NCBI GenBank assembly: GCA_964016885.1
Contig: OZ024745.1
Span: 88,226,001 to 88,290,000 of the forward strand
DNA length: 64,000 nucleotides
DNA from: Eledone cirrhosa
Lineage: Eukaryota
Reading direction: 5' to 3'
In this document: in pieces, positions 27,075-42,104 of the stretch
How the letters are laid out: each line of letters begins with the position of its first letter
How positions within the stretch are numbered: position 1 is the stretch's first letter
Notes under the pieces: generated by a model
Seen by the model: the letters and a program-made list of their open reading frames with translations, nothing else
The model's database searches: none
What the model was told of the DNA's origin: nothing
Translations under genes and position numbers: made by a program

Positions 27075-29680
27075 AGTTTTTAGTAAATAATTAGCGTTAA
27101 ATATAAATAGGACCGAGCAGGAACTGATAGATAAAGTAGAAGAGGCAATTAGAAGTGGCAACGTAGCCAGCGTGCTAGCAACGAGAACGGCCTTGGACCA
27201 GTTCTTCGACGCAAAGCACGAAGGCTGCGTTGTCAGAAGCAAAATACATGCTCTGGGTAACGAGGGAGCCAAACTGTTAGCTGGGCCCGGGTGATGGAGG
27301 CAAAAAGTGGCAACAAGTCCACGATTCGAACTTTGAAGGACCACGTCGGACGCGTGAGACGTGAACCGAAGCAGATGTGCGCTGCCTTTCAGCGGCATTT
27401 TGCTCAGCTGTTCGGGCAAGGCGGCGCACCGGGACGGACTATGGATTTCGGTCCATACCTCGACGGCCTACCGCGACTCTTGGACAGTGAGGCGAAGTTC
27501 TGCGAAAAACCGATTTCAGCCGCTGAGATAGGGGACGCGCTGAGCCAATGCGGCAAACGCAAATCTCCTGGTCTTGACGGTCTACCCTACGAATTCTACG
27601 TAGCAATGCCGGACTTGTTCTCCAGTCTCCTGGAAGCGGTCTACTGCAACTGGCAGCAGAACGGGAGAATTCCAAGTTCTGTGACCAGGGGCGTAGTCAC
27701 ACTAGCCATGAAGGACGAGAATAAGCGGGATGACATAGGCAACTTCCGGAGTTACAGATTTTGGCCAAGGTGTTGGCAAAGAGGCTGGCGCTTGTCGTCG
27801 AAAACCTGGTGGGAGAAGCGCAGACATGCGCAATCCCCACCAGTCCATACACGACATCCTCCACCTCATGCAATACATCATTGAGAGGGTAGGGTGTAAA
27901 CCCGGCTTCGGTGGCCCTGATCAACTTGGATCAGTCTAAGGCTTTCGATAGGGTTGACCATCATTACCTGGATGCGGTGCTCGAGGCGCAGGCTTCCGAC
28001 AGTTGTTCAGGGGCTGGATTGCTGCAATTCACAACAACAACATCTGCTCAAGGGTCAAGGTGAACGGCTACCTCTCGGAGCCGTTCCATATCATGCGATC
28101 CATTCGACAGAGATGCCCTCCTTCCTCCCTTCTGTACGTACTGACTCTCGAGCCACTACTGCGGAAGTTGGAGCTATTGCAGGGCATCCCTCTGGAACCG
28201 GGACTGCGGAAAGCGGCGTCGGGCTGCACCGACGACGTGACATTAATGGTGCCTAGCACCTCGCAAATCGAGGAAGTTGGCATCTTACTGAAGGAATACG
28301 AAAGGTTCACAGGAGCGAAGCTGAACCGGGACAAGTCCATCGGTTTGCAACTCGGATCGTGGAGAGGCAAACCGATGTCTTCCGATGGCATCGTCGGACG
28401 CTAGACGGAAGGACTGGTAAAGCTGCTCGGGGTCTGGTTTGGTCCGGACCTCCAGGTGGAGAAGAACTGGAACGAGGTGACGGTCAAGGTGTTTGCACTC
28501 ACCCAGAAGTGGGCCGAGGGAAAACTTTCCTTGAAAGGTCTAGCGGAGGTGGCGAACACTTTTATAGCGTCCATCATCTACTACCGCTTGACCGTCGTGC
28601 CTTGTCCAGCCAAAATGCTCACCAAAATGGAGCGCGCGCTCTCCCCATTCCTTTGGAATAAGTGGGCTCCTTTGGTGAGAAAATCCATCTGCTGCCAACA
28701 CCCTTCCAACGGAGGGATGGGGTTGCCGTGGATGACGATGCGCAAACACGCGCTCAGGCTGCGGCATCTCTCCGTATTCCTCACCCACAACCTGTGTGGG
28801 TCCCGTTCATGAGGCGAGCATCCCTCGACTCGTCTCGCTGACCGAGCTGCAGTCCTGGGTCAAGCAAAGACCGAGAAAAATGGGCTACTGGCACATCGAA
28901 TGTGCTCAGTCGCAAACAGCTCTCTGGCAGGCGGACCCGGCGATCAGTGGAGACTCCACTTCGTCATTCTATAGACGGTTGGTCCGCAGCAAGTGCGACG
29001 ACGCGCTCGGAGAAACTCTAGGCGTAGTGGAAGACGAACTGGCTAGTCTGTTCGGTAGGACCTTCCGCCCGGGACCGATGGACAACTTCCAAAATCCCTA
29101 GCCTGGCAGTGCTACCGAGGAGCTCTACCAGTTCGAGACAAGCTCTACAGACATGGGCGCCCGGGCAGAGACCCTTCGAAAAGATCTGTCCGAGATACGT
29201 GCGAGACGAAGAAACCGTCGCGCAGGCTTTCATACACTGCCCGTGCGTTACAAACCTGTGGGGCTATGTAGAACTACTATTGTCGCGGGTGGGACCAATC
29301 CGGTTGACTACCGAGTCCATTGTCATGATCAAACCGCCACCCTCCTTCAAAAACGAAAGAGAGGCAGTTTTCCTTTGTGTGATAGCTATGGCGAAAGAGG
29401 GTTGTATGGTGGACGAGGTTAAAAAGGCTGAGATCCGACACCTTTCTCTCCGGACAACAACTGATTCTTTTTTTCAAATACAACTTTGGAAGAAGAATCG
29501 GGATGGGGAGAGAGGTGCTGTACCCCAGCAAGTTTTATGAAAGGTGGGTGAAAGTAACGAGAATGGCCCGAGTGAATGGGCCTTCTCTCTATATCAGCCT
29601 GTAGTTTGAGGAGTACGAAAAATGTGTACAACGCTTCGTACTCCTAGAGATGAGGGTTGCACATTTTTTCGGGGTTATGT
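27075..29680 (+). mobile_element. Tx1/L1-clade LINE, 5'-truncated, frameshifted ORF2
   Basis: KSPGLDGLPYEFY, INLDQSKAFDRVDH, SIRQRCP.S.LLYVL, TDD, KLLGVWFG. Homologous to 56013-58600 and 61400-64000. Confidence 0.92.
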
Positions 29681-29727
29681 GTTTATATTAAATAAATGGA
29701 AACTATATTTATAAAACCATATTTATT

Positions 29728-29786
29728 CTATTATATATATTTCCAGGGTACCAAAAATATGTTACGCTATCATCAGATAAAATACA
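29728..29786 (-). ncRNA. Hammerhead-like motif in 3' pLTR
   Basis: Reverse complement: CTGATGA-tagcgtaac...ggtaccctg-GAAATATATA with an imperfect stem II. Confidence 0.6.
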
Positions 29787-32700
29787 AAATGTTTTATATA
29801 CATTTGACATGACCAAGGATGATATACCTTAACGGTTCAAGTTATCCCTGGAAAGTGAAGGGAAGAGAGAAGAAAAGTCAGATATTTAAAATTATTAATA
29901 TGAGTATGCAAATGATATGTATATTAAAGGGCTGAAAAAACGTTATTTTAGACGATATGGAAAAGATAAATATTTATGATAAGGAAAGAAGAGAAAGAGA
30001 AAAGAATAACGTTAAAATGGGGGAAAAGAGTTTTGTTACCTATATTATGAGTTATAAAATGATATGAAGAATTATGGTTGTAAGTATTTATATCTTATTA
30101 CATTAGGATAGGTTATATGTATATAAATATCTCTCTATATATTAATAAGTTGCGTATGCATTGATAGTTTATATAAACAAATATGAGTTGTGAAAGATGT
30201 TGAACATTTTATTTTCAAGTTGTGAGATTAGAATAATTTGTGGATTGAAACATTTTCAATATTGAGAATGTTTTTAGAATATTGTTAATTTAACGAAGCT
30301 ATATCAATTATCAAACTAAAATTGTTAAAGAAGAAGGAAAAGGAAGACCACTTGAACGTTTATTTAGGGAGAATATATTCAGACATTTATCTATATTTAT
30401 ATGGAGAATTATTTATCTTATTATAATAATATATAAATATGTATATATATATTTTAATAATAGCATATGTGTTTTTTTTAAAGAATAGTTTGTTTATAAT
30501 ATGAGTTACGAGGGGTGTTGATTTATAAATAAATAAAATAAATAGGTGTTTGTTCCTAATATAAGTTACTAGGGATGTTGATTTTATGCAAATAAATAGG
30601 TAGTTACAATTTATAAGATTAAATTAACGGAGTTATGTATTAAACAGTTTTTATGATTGAAAGAAGGAAAAATAACTCCAATTCTTTTATTAATCGCTAG
30701 TGTGGGATTAATTATTTATTCTAAAGAAATATGAATAATTAAACACCATCCTGAATAGGATATATTTTACCTAAAACCGTTAATGGTTATTAATATACAT
30801 TTAAAAATTAGCTTTAGAGGGTGTCATTAGAAAAATAAAGCTTTAGGTGTCATTAGAAAAATAAAAAATTAAGAAAAAAGAATTAAAGAATTTAAAAGAA
30901 TTAAAATTAAAATTAAAATTAGAATTATATAGAAGTACATAATGTAGAAGTACATAAATATCTATACATACACACGTATATATATATTATAAGACATTTT
31001 AAAGATATTATGATTTAGAGATATTAATATATTAAAGTATTAAAAATATAAAATGTTAGAACAGATAAGATCATTTTGGAGATTAATAGGAATATTATAA
31101 GTATATTATAAGTTACATATAGTTCTGAATGTAGAATTTTGGCGATGTTTGCGACAACTAAATATTTCTGTTCTAAGATTAATAGAGTTTTTACAATTAA
31201 TTATATAAAAAATTTCTTTAATACATAATTTACAGAATCTTGATTAGGCCGCGTTTCGGTAAGCAGGTGCTTTTATCTAAAACCTTATTTTTAAAGGGCA
31301 GTTTGATTTAATTCTAAAGTTACATTTTACGGAGTTGTTGTTGCTCAGAACGGTACTATTATTCTGGATATGGCTAGAAATATTATTATTACTATTATGG
31401 TTATTTTGGTTAGGGTTTAAATTTAAGTTTCTATTATTAATTCTGTTTATATTTTGTGCAATGTTCATAGTAGTAGAGTAGGATAGTTTTATAGTATGTC
31501 TGTTAAGGATTGAGTGGTATCTGTGGGTTTTAGGAAAACATTTGTCTAGTGCTTTAAAGAATAGCTTTGCTAAAGGTGTTTTAACGCTTACTGAGAATGG
31601 GGGTGAGTACCAAATAATATTTCTAGTTCTTTTGTTTGTTTTAGAGTTTAAGTTAAATTGTTTATTATAATTAATAGTAGGGTGATTTGCCTTATTATTG
31701 TTTTTAATGTATTTAATTTTATTCGTATACCCTGTTCTATTTAAAGCTTCATTATAATATTCAGCCTTATCTTCAAACATATTTTTATTAGCAGAGATGC
31801 GTGAAATTCGTTGCTGGACAGAATTGACGATAGTGTTCTTAATAGAACTAGGATGATTAGAGTTAAAACTACGTAATTTAGATTCTCATTGATTTTATAG
31901 AATGGATAGTAGAGCCCTGTGCTAAAGTTTAATGTTACGTCTAAAAAGTTAACGATTTTATAGTCATTCTCTATTTCTAACTTAAGGTTATAAATTATTG
32001 GAGAATTGTATTATGGATTTTCTTTTCCTATTAATTTGACAATTATTATGGTTTTCAATTAAAAGAAACATATCACCACGATATAAACCACCGGTCATCT
32101 CTGGCATTTTTCTATGCAGCGTATTATTAATAAATAAGCCCACACGATCCGTTATTTGCGGCGAGTCGGATGATCCCATGGTGATATCAAAATTATTTTT
32201 CCTATCGGCTCTTGTCCAGAGATGATTGTTGAATTCAATTAAAGTTTTCCGTGCAATTAAAATGATATGCATTTCTTCACTAGATAAAACTGTATGTTTA
32301 GATGCATAGATAAGAGCCCTATTAAGTAAACTAGGAGTAATAGAGGAGTAGTAATTTGCAATATCAATTTAAATGATCTTTTTGTTATGTTTAAATTGTA
32401 TGTTATTGAACCAATCTATAACCTCATTAGTACCGTTCAATAGTTTTAGGTGTGATTTTTTTTAAAGTTGTGGTATGATTCTATCTAATATATGTTTACT
32501 AATTATCCCTAAGTCTGATTTAGATGGTGCTATAAGTTTGACCGGTAGTTCTATTTCAAAGTTTCTTTTGTGGTCTTTCAGGTTAATTTTCAGTCTTCTA
32601 GGTATAAAGGGTTCATCCTATTTTGGATGCCTAATTTATGAATAATTTCTGAATTCTCTCTATTTAACGTTGCAAGATCTTCATTAGTTGTTATTCTGTA

Positions 32701-33330
32701 ATTTTTTCTGAGTTCCTTCAATATATGATAATTGTATTCGTCCCTTTGCATTTCGTATAGATTGTTCGTTTTATCAGATTTAATTAGGATCTTCTCAGTT
32801 TTTTCAAGATTGTCTATATTATTCTTGAGGCCATTACGGAATTCCTGGCCTACAAATTGTTTTTTCTTGAATTTGATGTTTTGTATAATCGACATTACAT
32901 CCTTTTCAAATTCCATTAATAGTTTGTTGCTAGGAAGATTCTTTTTAGATTTGAAGATAATATCGAAGTTGTAACTGGATTTATTTATTTTTTCCGATTT
33001 TCTATCGAAATGGAAGGAACGCCATCTAAGTCTTCGTATAAAGGAGTCAGATTTCTCAATGAGTTGTTTTAGATACTCATTGTTCTTAGGTAAAGGGACA
33101 TATTTTAGAGATGAAGAAATTCTAATGAATTCCATTATTTATCAATCAGTTATAATTTAAAATGCTCAACATTAAAGGAGCTATTTATATGTAGAAGAAA
33201 TATTTAATTTGTTGGAAATCCAACAAATATAGATGTTTACAACTGATTCAAAGCACTCGACAAATTTCTGGAGTAAGTATTCAATTGATATTAAATAAAT
33301 GGAAACTATATTTATAAAACCATATTTATT

Positions 33331-33390
33331 CTATTATATATATTTCCAGGGTACCAAGAATTTTGCTACGCTATCATCAGATAAAATACA
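33331..33390 (-). ncRNA. Hammerhead-like motif in 5' pLTR
   Basis: Reverse complement: CTGATGA-tagcgtagc...ggtaccctg-GAAATATATA. Confidence 0.6.
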
Positions 33391-33905
33391 AAATGTTTTA
33401 TAATTAGTTGACATGACTAAGGATGATATACCTGAAAGGTTCAAGTTATCCCTGGAAAGTGAAGGGAAGAGAGAAGAAAAGTCAGATATATAAAATTATT
33501 AATATGAGTATGCAAATGATGTGTATATTAAAGGGCTGAAAAAACGTTATTTTAGACGCTATGGAAAATGTAAATATTTATGATAAGGAAAGAAGAGAAA
33601 CAGAAAAGAATACCGTTACTTTGGGGGAAAAGATTTTTGTAACTATAAAATGAGTTATAAAATGATGCGAAGAATTATGGCTGTAAGTATTTTTATCTTA
33701 TTAAATTAAGATAGGTTATATGTATATAAATATCTCTATATATATTAATAAGTTGCGTATGCATTGATAGTTTATATAAACAAATATGAGTTACGAAGGA
33801 TGTTGAACATTTTATTTTCAAGTTGTGAGATTAGAATAATTTGTGGATTAAAAAATGTTCAACATTTAATATCAATTGTATATATATATATATATAAATA
33901 TAAAT

Positions 33906-33988
<83 letters not shown>

Positions 33989-33989
33989 C

Positions 33990-36900
33990 TAGGGCGGCTA
34001 AAATTCCCGGGATCCATGGACGGGTTCTCTCCAGCGGTCTCTGTCCCCCATTAACGCTGCCATGTCCTGCGTCTCCAACAGACCAGTGTCTGTCCTTAGG
34101 GCATCAACATACGTTAACCTTGGTCTTCCTGCTCCAGTGCTCCCACAGGAGCACTGAGTGCAATGTCAACTCTGGATGTCGGTGAGCATGTCCAGCTAAC
34201 CGCAATCTCCTCTGTGTCACTTTTGAGCTCACTTATGGGAGGCTGCCATACATGTCTGAGTTTTTCATCCTCAGTGTATACTGATTAATGTTCAGAGCCA
34301 TCCTCACCATTCTCGTGTAGCACCCATCCACAATCTGAGTTAGTTTCTAGGTCAGTGTCCAAGTCTCAGACCCGTACAGCAGCACAGACTCCACTACAGC
34401 AATGAAGAGGCGGATTTTCAGGTCTTTACGAAGCTCCGACTTCCACACCGATTTCAAGCGGTAGCACGCCGCCCAGGCTATGCTCTTCCTATCAACCACA
34501 TCATCTTCCGTATTCCCAATCTTTGCTCTCAAATACAGGAAGTCCTCAACCAATTCTAGCGCCCCCCTACATTAGTGATCCCCTCTGGCTTTTCAACATT
34601 CTCTACCAGATATTTTGTTTTAGTCTCATTCATTCTCAGCCCCACACTCATCGACACAGTCTCAACCTCCTGCATCACATCCTCTGCCTCCTTCATTATG
34701 TCGTCGGCAAATTCAGCATCTGATATCTTTTTCGCCTTAACTCTCCTGCTCTGAGCCGGTGCTACAGTAATGCCAGAGTCCTGGTGTTTCTCCAGTGCAA
34801 GGCGCATACACTGGTCCACTACGATGATAAAAAGGTAGGGAGCCAATGCATCTCCCTGGAACACTCCAGCTAGTATCTCAAAGAACTCTGTCATCCCATC
34901 AGGTGTAATGCCTTTGGCTTTGGTGTTGGTGTAGAGCAACTATCTTCTTGGGGATTGCATAAGCCTGTAAGATCTTCATCAGGCAGTGACGGTCGATAGA
35001 ATCGAAACCATCCTAAAGTCAATGAAAACCATGACCGCATAAGGCACTTTTATCTAGCCCCCTCTAATATACTCCTCAGCATCAGGATGTGACTGATAGT
35101 TGATATTCCCCCTCTGAAGCCGTTCTGGTTGTCCCTGAGCTTCTACTCCTTCTCAGGCTGGATCCTGTTAAGAATCATCCTGTTGAGGGTCTTTGTCAGA
35201 GGTGACGTCAGTGAGATCCTCCTGAAGTTGTTGGTATTAGAGAGATCTCCCTTCTTTGGCACTGGGACGATGTTACTGATCCCCCACTGATTCGGAGCAA
35301 CTCCTTTCTTCAGTGCCCCGTTACAGAACCCCAGGATGATATCATCAAAATCACACCTCTTCATCACCTCTGATGCCAGTCCATCTACTCCATGAGCCTT
35401 TCACTCCTTGATCTTCTTCTTGGCTCCCTGAAGCCCCTCTCTGGTGAAGGGCGCTCTGTCTCAATATCCAGTTCTTCAAACACCCACCTGATCTCCCCAG
35501 TGCTCTAGGCTGTGGAGGCGGCTCTCCTAGTCGGGTCCTAAAATGGTCTAGCCATTTCCTCTTCCTTTCCTCGGGCCCTGTTCCCTGTATCTGACTCGAA
35601 CACCTTCTCTTCCTTCCTGTGATCTCGTTGATGATCATCCAGCTCTCCTTACATCCAGATCTGTCAACCGCTCTCTCCACACTTCTGATCTTCTCTATCA
35701 GTGCCTCCTCTGTGGCCTCAGTGTAAGCAGTACAGAGTTCTTCACTCATCACCTCCACAGTCTCCATCCTCTCCTCCGTAGGATAAGCATAGATTTGGTC
35801 CTTGGCAGCTTTCAGGTGTTCTATGGCTGCACACACTTTTGGGTTTGCAGGGCTGACGTGCTTCCGTTTATTCTTTTTCCTCGGCACCAGGGTCTCACTT
35901 GCTTCCGCCACTGCATTGGTGAAGTGCCCGTACCTCCTCGTCATACTCTACTCAGTCCATCCAATCTCTCTCTCCTCTGTCTCTCCATACAGACCACTGA
36001 ACCTGTTCCTCACTTCCACTGTGAACCTCTCCTGTCGCTTATCATCTTCCTTGAAATATCCCAAGTCATAGAGTGCTCTCCGGTGCTGAGCACTGCTCTT
36101 TTTTAAGCTCACCCGGACCTCACTCATAACAAGCCCGTGGTCACTACCAAGTGAAGTGAAATAGTTGTATGGTTATGTGTTCAGAACACTATTCCGCCAC
36201 TTTTTCTTTACCAGAATGAAATCAATCTGGGACTTGGACAGGTGCATATCTGAGATGTAGGTCCACCTCTTCCCCGGATACTTCCTAAACCTTAGGTTGG
36301 TCGCTATCAAGTTCGCCTCCAGCAGGGTGTCTCCCAGTAGTCTTCCATTTCAGGTGGTGTTGTTATGGAAGGACCAGCAAGGATCTTCACTGCCCTCCTC
36401 ACTCCTCACTCAGATGTGCATTGAAGTCCCCCAAAACAAGCAGGATCTTGTGTGCTTGTGTGGTGTTGACAGCTCAACACACCTTCTCATGGAACTCTTC
36501 CGCACTCACATCACTGTCTCCCTCGGTTGGACTATAGGCTGAGATAACTGTCAGTCTTGGGTTTCCATTGAATGTTACCCTCAACACTCGCGGTGAGACA
36601 GGCATTATTTCCCTCACCAATAGACTGGTTTTTGTGCTGAAAACAAAACCCACTCCTCCCACTGCAACATTGGTCATGTTCCTTACTGCCGATGTGGTGA
36701 TGAGCTGGTTCCTCTTCCCAATCATCACACTCCTCACGGGCTCATCGTGTAGGATCCTGTGTTCTTGGATCGCAAGTATCTGTATACCACTCTCCTCGAA
36801 CATATGTCCCAAACTCCTCTCGTTTCTCAGCGTCCGAATAGTCCTCACATTCAAAGTGCCCATTTTGATGGCTCTTCTGCAGGACAAAACTGCATTCTTT

Positions 36901-37250
36901 ATATTTGTCTCAGAAACAACTGATCCATCATCCACTGGCCCTCCGTGTGGCTCTAATCCAGCAGAGTCATAACGTCCAGACTGCTCCTTGACAGTGTAAT
37001 TAGGGGCTCTAACTCTAGTGCTGTTAGATTGACTCTCCATATTTCTTTTCAAAGGCTGACAATACCTTTCCGGCGCCACTCGAACAAGGTAGTTATTTAA
37101 CCGATAAATGGGGCCCTAACAGGTACTACTACTCCGGGCCGAGCAGACCTGAGAGTTATGACAACTAAGGGGCAACTCTACATTCCCCACAGCTCCTGAA
37201 CTCCCGAACTGGAGCCTTGCCACTGGATGTAATTAAATGTCATACCCATA
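33990..37250 (-). mobile_element. RTE-clade LINE (APE endonuclease plus RT), near full length, pseudogenised
   Basis: MGTLNVRT, AIQEHR, GGVGF, ISAYSPT, VPKKGDLS..NNFR.ISL, GVFQGDALAPYLFIIVVD, FADD, SVLLYGSETWTLT. Confidence 0.92.
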
Positions 37251-37272
37251 TATATATATATTTAATTTCACT

Positions 37273-37320
<48 letters not shown>

Positions 37321-37799
37321 TTTCAAGAACGTCAGTATTCCGTGTGTCATAATTCTCGATTATCATTGGTTCATAGGTTTCAAACGACTCCGCCCACCTC
37401 AATGACACCAAACTAAAATACATACGCATAATGCCAATGAGGGAGTCAGAGGGGAGAGTAAGAAACAGAGAGGCAAAATGAACGTTGTAACTATTACCAT
37501 GTGGGCGTGTGTATGTACGTGCGCGTATGATTATGCGTGTGTTTGCTTGCGAGTGCGCGTTTCCATGCGTGTATGTTTTTGTACGTGGGGCGTTCCACAA
37601 TCGCCACGCAGTTTATCTGTCTGTCAGTCTAACATACACAAAATTGTGAAGGGCGTAAATAGGGACCCTTTTTACATTGACGGACATCTTTTATATTTAT
37701 TATTGTTTTATTTTTTGACAATTGCTCCAAATGAATACTGATAATAAAAGCAATTCTACTTTATCAAAACAGTGAACTACAGCGGCGACGGCGTGCAGC

Positions 37800-40700
37800 C
37801 AGGAATGAAGAAAAACGGGCCGAACAGCGGCATTGGAACGCCGAATTTCAGAGGCGAAGACGTGCCGCCATGAATGAAGAGGAGCTGGCTGAACAACGCC
37901 AACGAAACACTGGAGCCAAGCAGCGACGGCTTGCTGCGATGGTTGAAGGCGAACTGACTGAGCATCATCAACAGATGGCCAGAATTCAGCAACAACGGCG
38001 TGCTGCGATGGATGAAGAGGAGCTGGCTGAACAGCGCCAGCGCAATACAGAAGTTCAGAGAATGTGTTGCCAAAGTGCTCCTCATTTCAGTAAAGAGGCT
38101 AGAAGGCGAACGAATGCTATTAAAAATGGATCATGGCAACCGTGTCATTTTCAGATTGGTGGCCGAGCAGAGTGTCCACATTGTGGAGCATTGCTTTGGA
38201 GGCACGAAAAGACGTGGACCACAATGTGCTGTCATAAAGGAGCAGTTCAACTAGAACCCTTGCGAAAGCCGGATGATGAGGAGTTACCGGAGTTTAAAAT
38301 ACTAAGTATGTGGGGTGTTCAAGGAGACCGAGGTAGATTACTGCGCAAATATTCGCGCCAAATTAACAATTCATTATCTTTAGCATCGCAGAGAGTTAGT
38401 GAGATGTTTGAGAGTGGAGCATGGCAACCGAATGTAGTCATTCAAGGCCGTCTGTATCATTGTATCGGTAATTTAGAAGTTACCACAGTAGAGAAGCCTC
38501 GATAGGCTCAAATTTACGTTAACGATCCAGATTATAGTGAATCGGAGGAGGTTATCAGGATCGGCTGGATGAAGTTGCTGGGAAATATAACTGAACTTGA
38601 ACGGCAAAGGTTAAGTGATTTGATCTGTGATTTGCAATCATGGCTTAGACAGTGTCATCCTTATGTTATGTATTCCATGTTGGTGGCTGAACTGCAAAAT
38701 GTTCAGCAGCAAACATTGGTGATTAAGGCTGACGCAGTGCCAAGGAATCAACACGACCGGTGATATAATGCCCCTGAAGGATTTCGTGAAGTTGCTGTGT
38801 TGTTGGACGATAAGCCTGGATCGAGAGAAATCGTCCTCAATCGCAGAGATGGTGGTCTCAAGACTATCAATGAGTTAAATAGGGTATACAATCCATTGCA
38901 TTATGTTCTTTTATTCCCAAAAGGTGAAAATTGATGGAACATATCTGTTCAATTAGATGATCATGAGAATCAGCATCAACAGGGAGGTGACAATAGACAC
39001 AATAATTCGATTCGCGACTTTTACGCGTTCCATTTGAACGAGAGGAATCAACAGACAAATATACTATTTCAAGCCAGCAGATTGTTCCAGGAATACTGTT
39101 GTATGGCATTCGCAAAGATCGAAAATCAAAGGCTAAATTATATAGCTACACATCAGCAATATATCAGAGCTGAATTGTATAATAATATACAGGATGCGAT
39201 ACAGCCGATGATGCCAATTACAAGCAAACTGGTCGACGCATCATTTTGCCATCGTCGTTCATCGGCGGCACAAGATATATGAACATTCGCTATCAGGATG
39301 CAATGGCTATTGTCAGAAAGTTTGGAAAGCCAGATTTGTTTTTAACGGTTACATGCACTCCTGAATGGACTGATATTAAGGATGCACTTTTGCCAGGACA
39401 ACAGCCAAAGGACCGTCCTGATATTGTGACAAGAGTATTCAAAGGATATCTGAAAAAGATAATGGATGATGTGGAAAAAGGGAATCTTTGGAGGTATAGT
39501 TGCTTTTACATACGTAATTGAATTCCAAAAAAGAGGATTGCCACATTTGCTGATCATTTTACATAGAGATTGCAAATTGAGATGTGCTGAGGATGTCGAC
39601 AGCATTGTGTGTACTGAACTGCCGGAGAATGAGGTACTACGCATCTTGGTGGCAAATTCAATGTTGCACAACCAATGCGGAATGGCAAACCGGAAAGCGG
39701 CTTGCATGAAAAATAGCCAATGCACTAAGCACTTTCCGAAATCTTTTATCACGAACAGTCCTGGAACGATGGGGATGAATGCTCATCCCTCATACAGAAG
39801 ACGGTCGCCTGCAGATGGCGGTTTGGTCGAAAATGTAAATGGTCGACAGGTTACAAATCAATGGCTTGTGCCATACAGTCCATGTTTGATTATGAAATAT
39901 CGTTGTTGTCATATTAATGTTGTCATATTAATGTGGAAATTCGTAGCTCAGTGAAAGCTTGCAAATATCTATTCAAATATGTTTACAAAGGTCATGATCG
40001 GGCAATAATCAATGTCAGAAATGAGGAAGCGAACCAAGGAGAGAAAGTTGTCAGGTTCCAGAATGTTCGCTCGATTTGATCTAGCGAAGCTTGCTGGAGA
40101 TTCTTCGATTTTGATCTCAATGAACGCAAACCAAGCATCCAGAAACTGATGGTTCACTTAGAGAATAGGCAAATGGTCTGTTTTCAGAAGTAGAAGAGGT
40201 GTCGAAAGAATTGCTAACGCACCACCTCCTAAGACGGAATTGACTGAGTAGTTCAGGCATAATAGGGAACATGCTTTGAACCCGGATCTAGCAACTCTAC
40301 TGCAATTTCCCTTCGAACTATACGTGGGATAAAAATGAAAATAAATGGAATGATAGAAAACAAAAGTTGAGATTCATGACTATCGGACGCGTTTGTAATG
40401 TCCATCCAGCATCTGGTGATTTTTCGAGAGGTAAACAGAGCTCCGCTTATTTGAAAACAATCAATGGCGTGGAATATGAAACATACCAGGCTGTGTGTCA
40501 GCATCTGGGACTCCTTCAGGATGACGCTGAATGGAATAACGTCATGGAAGCTGCAGGAACAACACAGATGCCAGCTCAAATAAGGCAGTTGTTTGTTACG
40601 ATTCTAGGCTTCTACAATCCTGCCGATCCAAGAGAGTTATTTGAACGCCATTGGGGAATTATGGCTGATGATTTTAGGCATCCACTTCAGGTCGATGATG

Positions 40701-42100
40701 AAAATTTGATGAAAGCTATTGTTTTGCTCAATATTGAGCAACTGGTTGAAGTTCATTTCAATGTTTAACAGATTTCAATTTGCCAATTCCTTATGAAGAA
40801 TTGCGGCAACGTGTCTTAGCATTGGACATGAGATTGCAGCTTAGACGGTTGCCACTCGATCGGAGGGAACTATTCCAGTTTGATCCACTGGAACAGCAAC
40901 GTATTGTGGATGAACGTATGCCAATGTTGACCCAATCTCAGAGAGAATTGGTCGATGGCGTTCTCCACTCGATTTCCACTAATGAGCAACTTTGTGCTTT
41001 CATAGATGCTCCAGGAGGCACCGGAAAGACCTTCTGTTTCAACACTATGTTATCGGCAGTCAGAGCTCAGAGGAAGATTGCCCTCCCTGTGGCCACCAGT
41101 GGGATCGCTGCCACTTTGCTGAGTGGTCGAAGGACCTTCCACTCATGCTTCAAGGCTCCATTGGCTCCGGATAAGTTGAGAGTCTGTAACATTACAGGAC
41201 AAAGTGAACTCGCGGGCCCTATACGCCATACGTCTCTGATTATTTGGGACGAGGCCCAATGGCACACAGATATTTGCTGGAGGCATTGGACAGAACTTTG
41301 AGAGATATTTGCGGTAGTGACCTGCCATTCGGTAGTAAGACTATCGTTCTTGGTGGCGATTTCAGACAGGTGCTACCAATTGTTAGGAATGCTCAAAGAG
41401 CGCAAATTGTCGATGCATGTCTGAAAAAGTCCCCGTTGTGGCGCCTTTTCAGAGTTTTGCGATTACACGATAATATGCGACTTCGTATGTTCGGGCAAAA
41501 TGAAGAGGCTGAGACATACGGCCGGTGGTTGATGCAGTTTGGAAACGATGAATTTCCAAACGTTGGTGATAATCAGACTGTAAGAATCCCAGACCATTTG
41601 GTCATGCCACTGGACCGCCAAGCATTGATTGACTGGGTCTTCCCTAATTTGAATGCTTTTTGGCAGAATATCTCCTGGATATCGGAACGCGTTATTCTAA
41701 CTCATACGAATGCAACGGTCGATGAAATAAATTCACAAGTAGCCGGAATGTTTCCTGGAGAGGAATGGTTGACCGTCAGTGCGGATGCAATGGAACCTAA
41801 TCAGAAGAACAATATGGATGTTCCGACTGAGTATCTGAATTCACTTCAAATACCTGGAATTCCCCCACATATTTTGAGGTTGAAAAATGGTATGCCGATT
41901 ATTTGGCCTTCTCCATGACTGTCAACAAGGCACAGGGACAGACTTTCAAGCGAGTCGGTGTCTGCTTGAATGATCCAGCATCCAGCCATGGCAAATGTTG
42001 CTGCATCTCGAGTCTGCTATCCTGATGGGATAACATTTGCAATTGATACCACTAACAGAGGAACAACCCTGAATATTGTCTATAATGAAGCTTTGAGCTG
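37800..42100 (+). pseudogene. Helitron Rep/Pif1-helicase with multiple stops, frameshifts and deletions
   Basis: CPHCGALLW...CC.KG zinc finger, LPSSFIGG.RYM..YQDAMAIV..GKPDLF.T.TC, VIEFQKRGLPH, KYLFKYVYKG, DAPGGTGKT, IIWDE, GGDFRQVLP. Confidence 0.95.
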
Positions 42101-42104
42101 ATGT

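Larger units (their letters stand above)
29685..33870 (-). mobile_element. Near full-length decayed Naiad-type PLE with direct pLTRs
   Basis: pLTR copies at 29685-30258 and 33288-33860. The ORF starts at 33135 (SLKYVPLP..Y..LIEK..FIRRLRWR, SDKTNNLY), includes RT FDITMGSSDS and YRGD, and ends CKLC...SCRKH at about 31110. The GIY-YIG core is deleted. Confidence 0.92.

Noticed and set aside
37800-42100. Host Pif1 helicase gene or viral Rep
   Set aside because: The Rep-helicase fusion, CTAG terminus and many disablements identify it as a Helitron.
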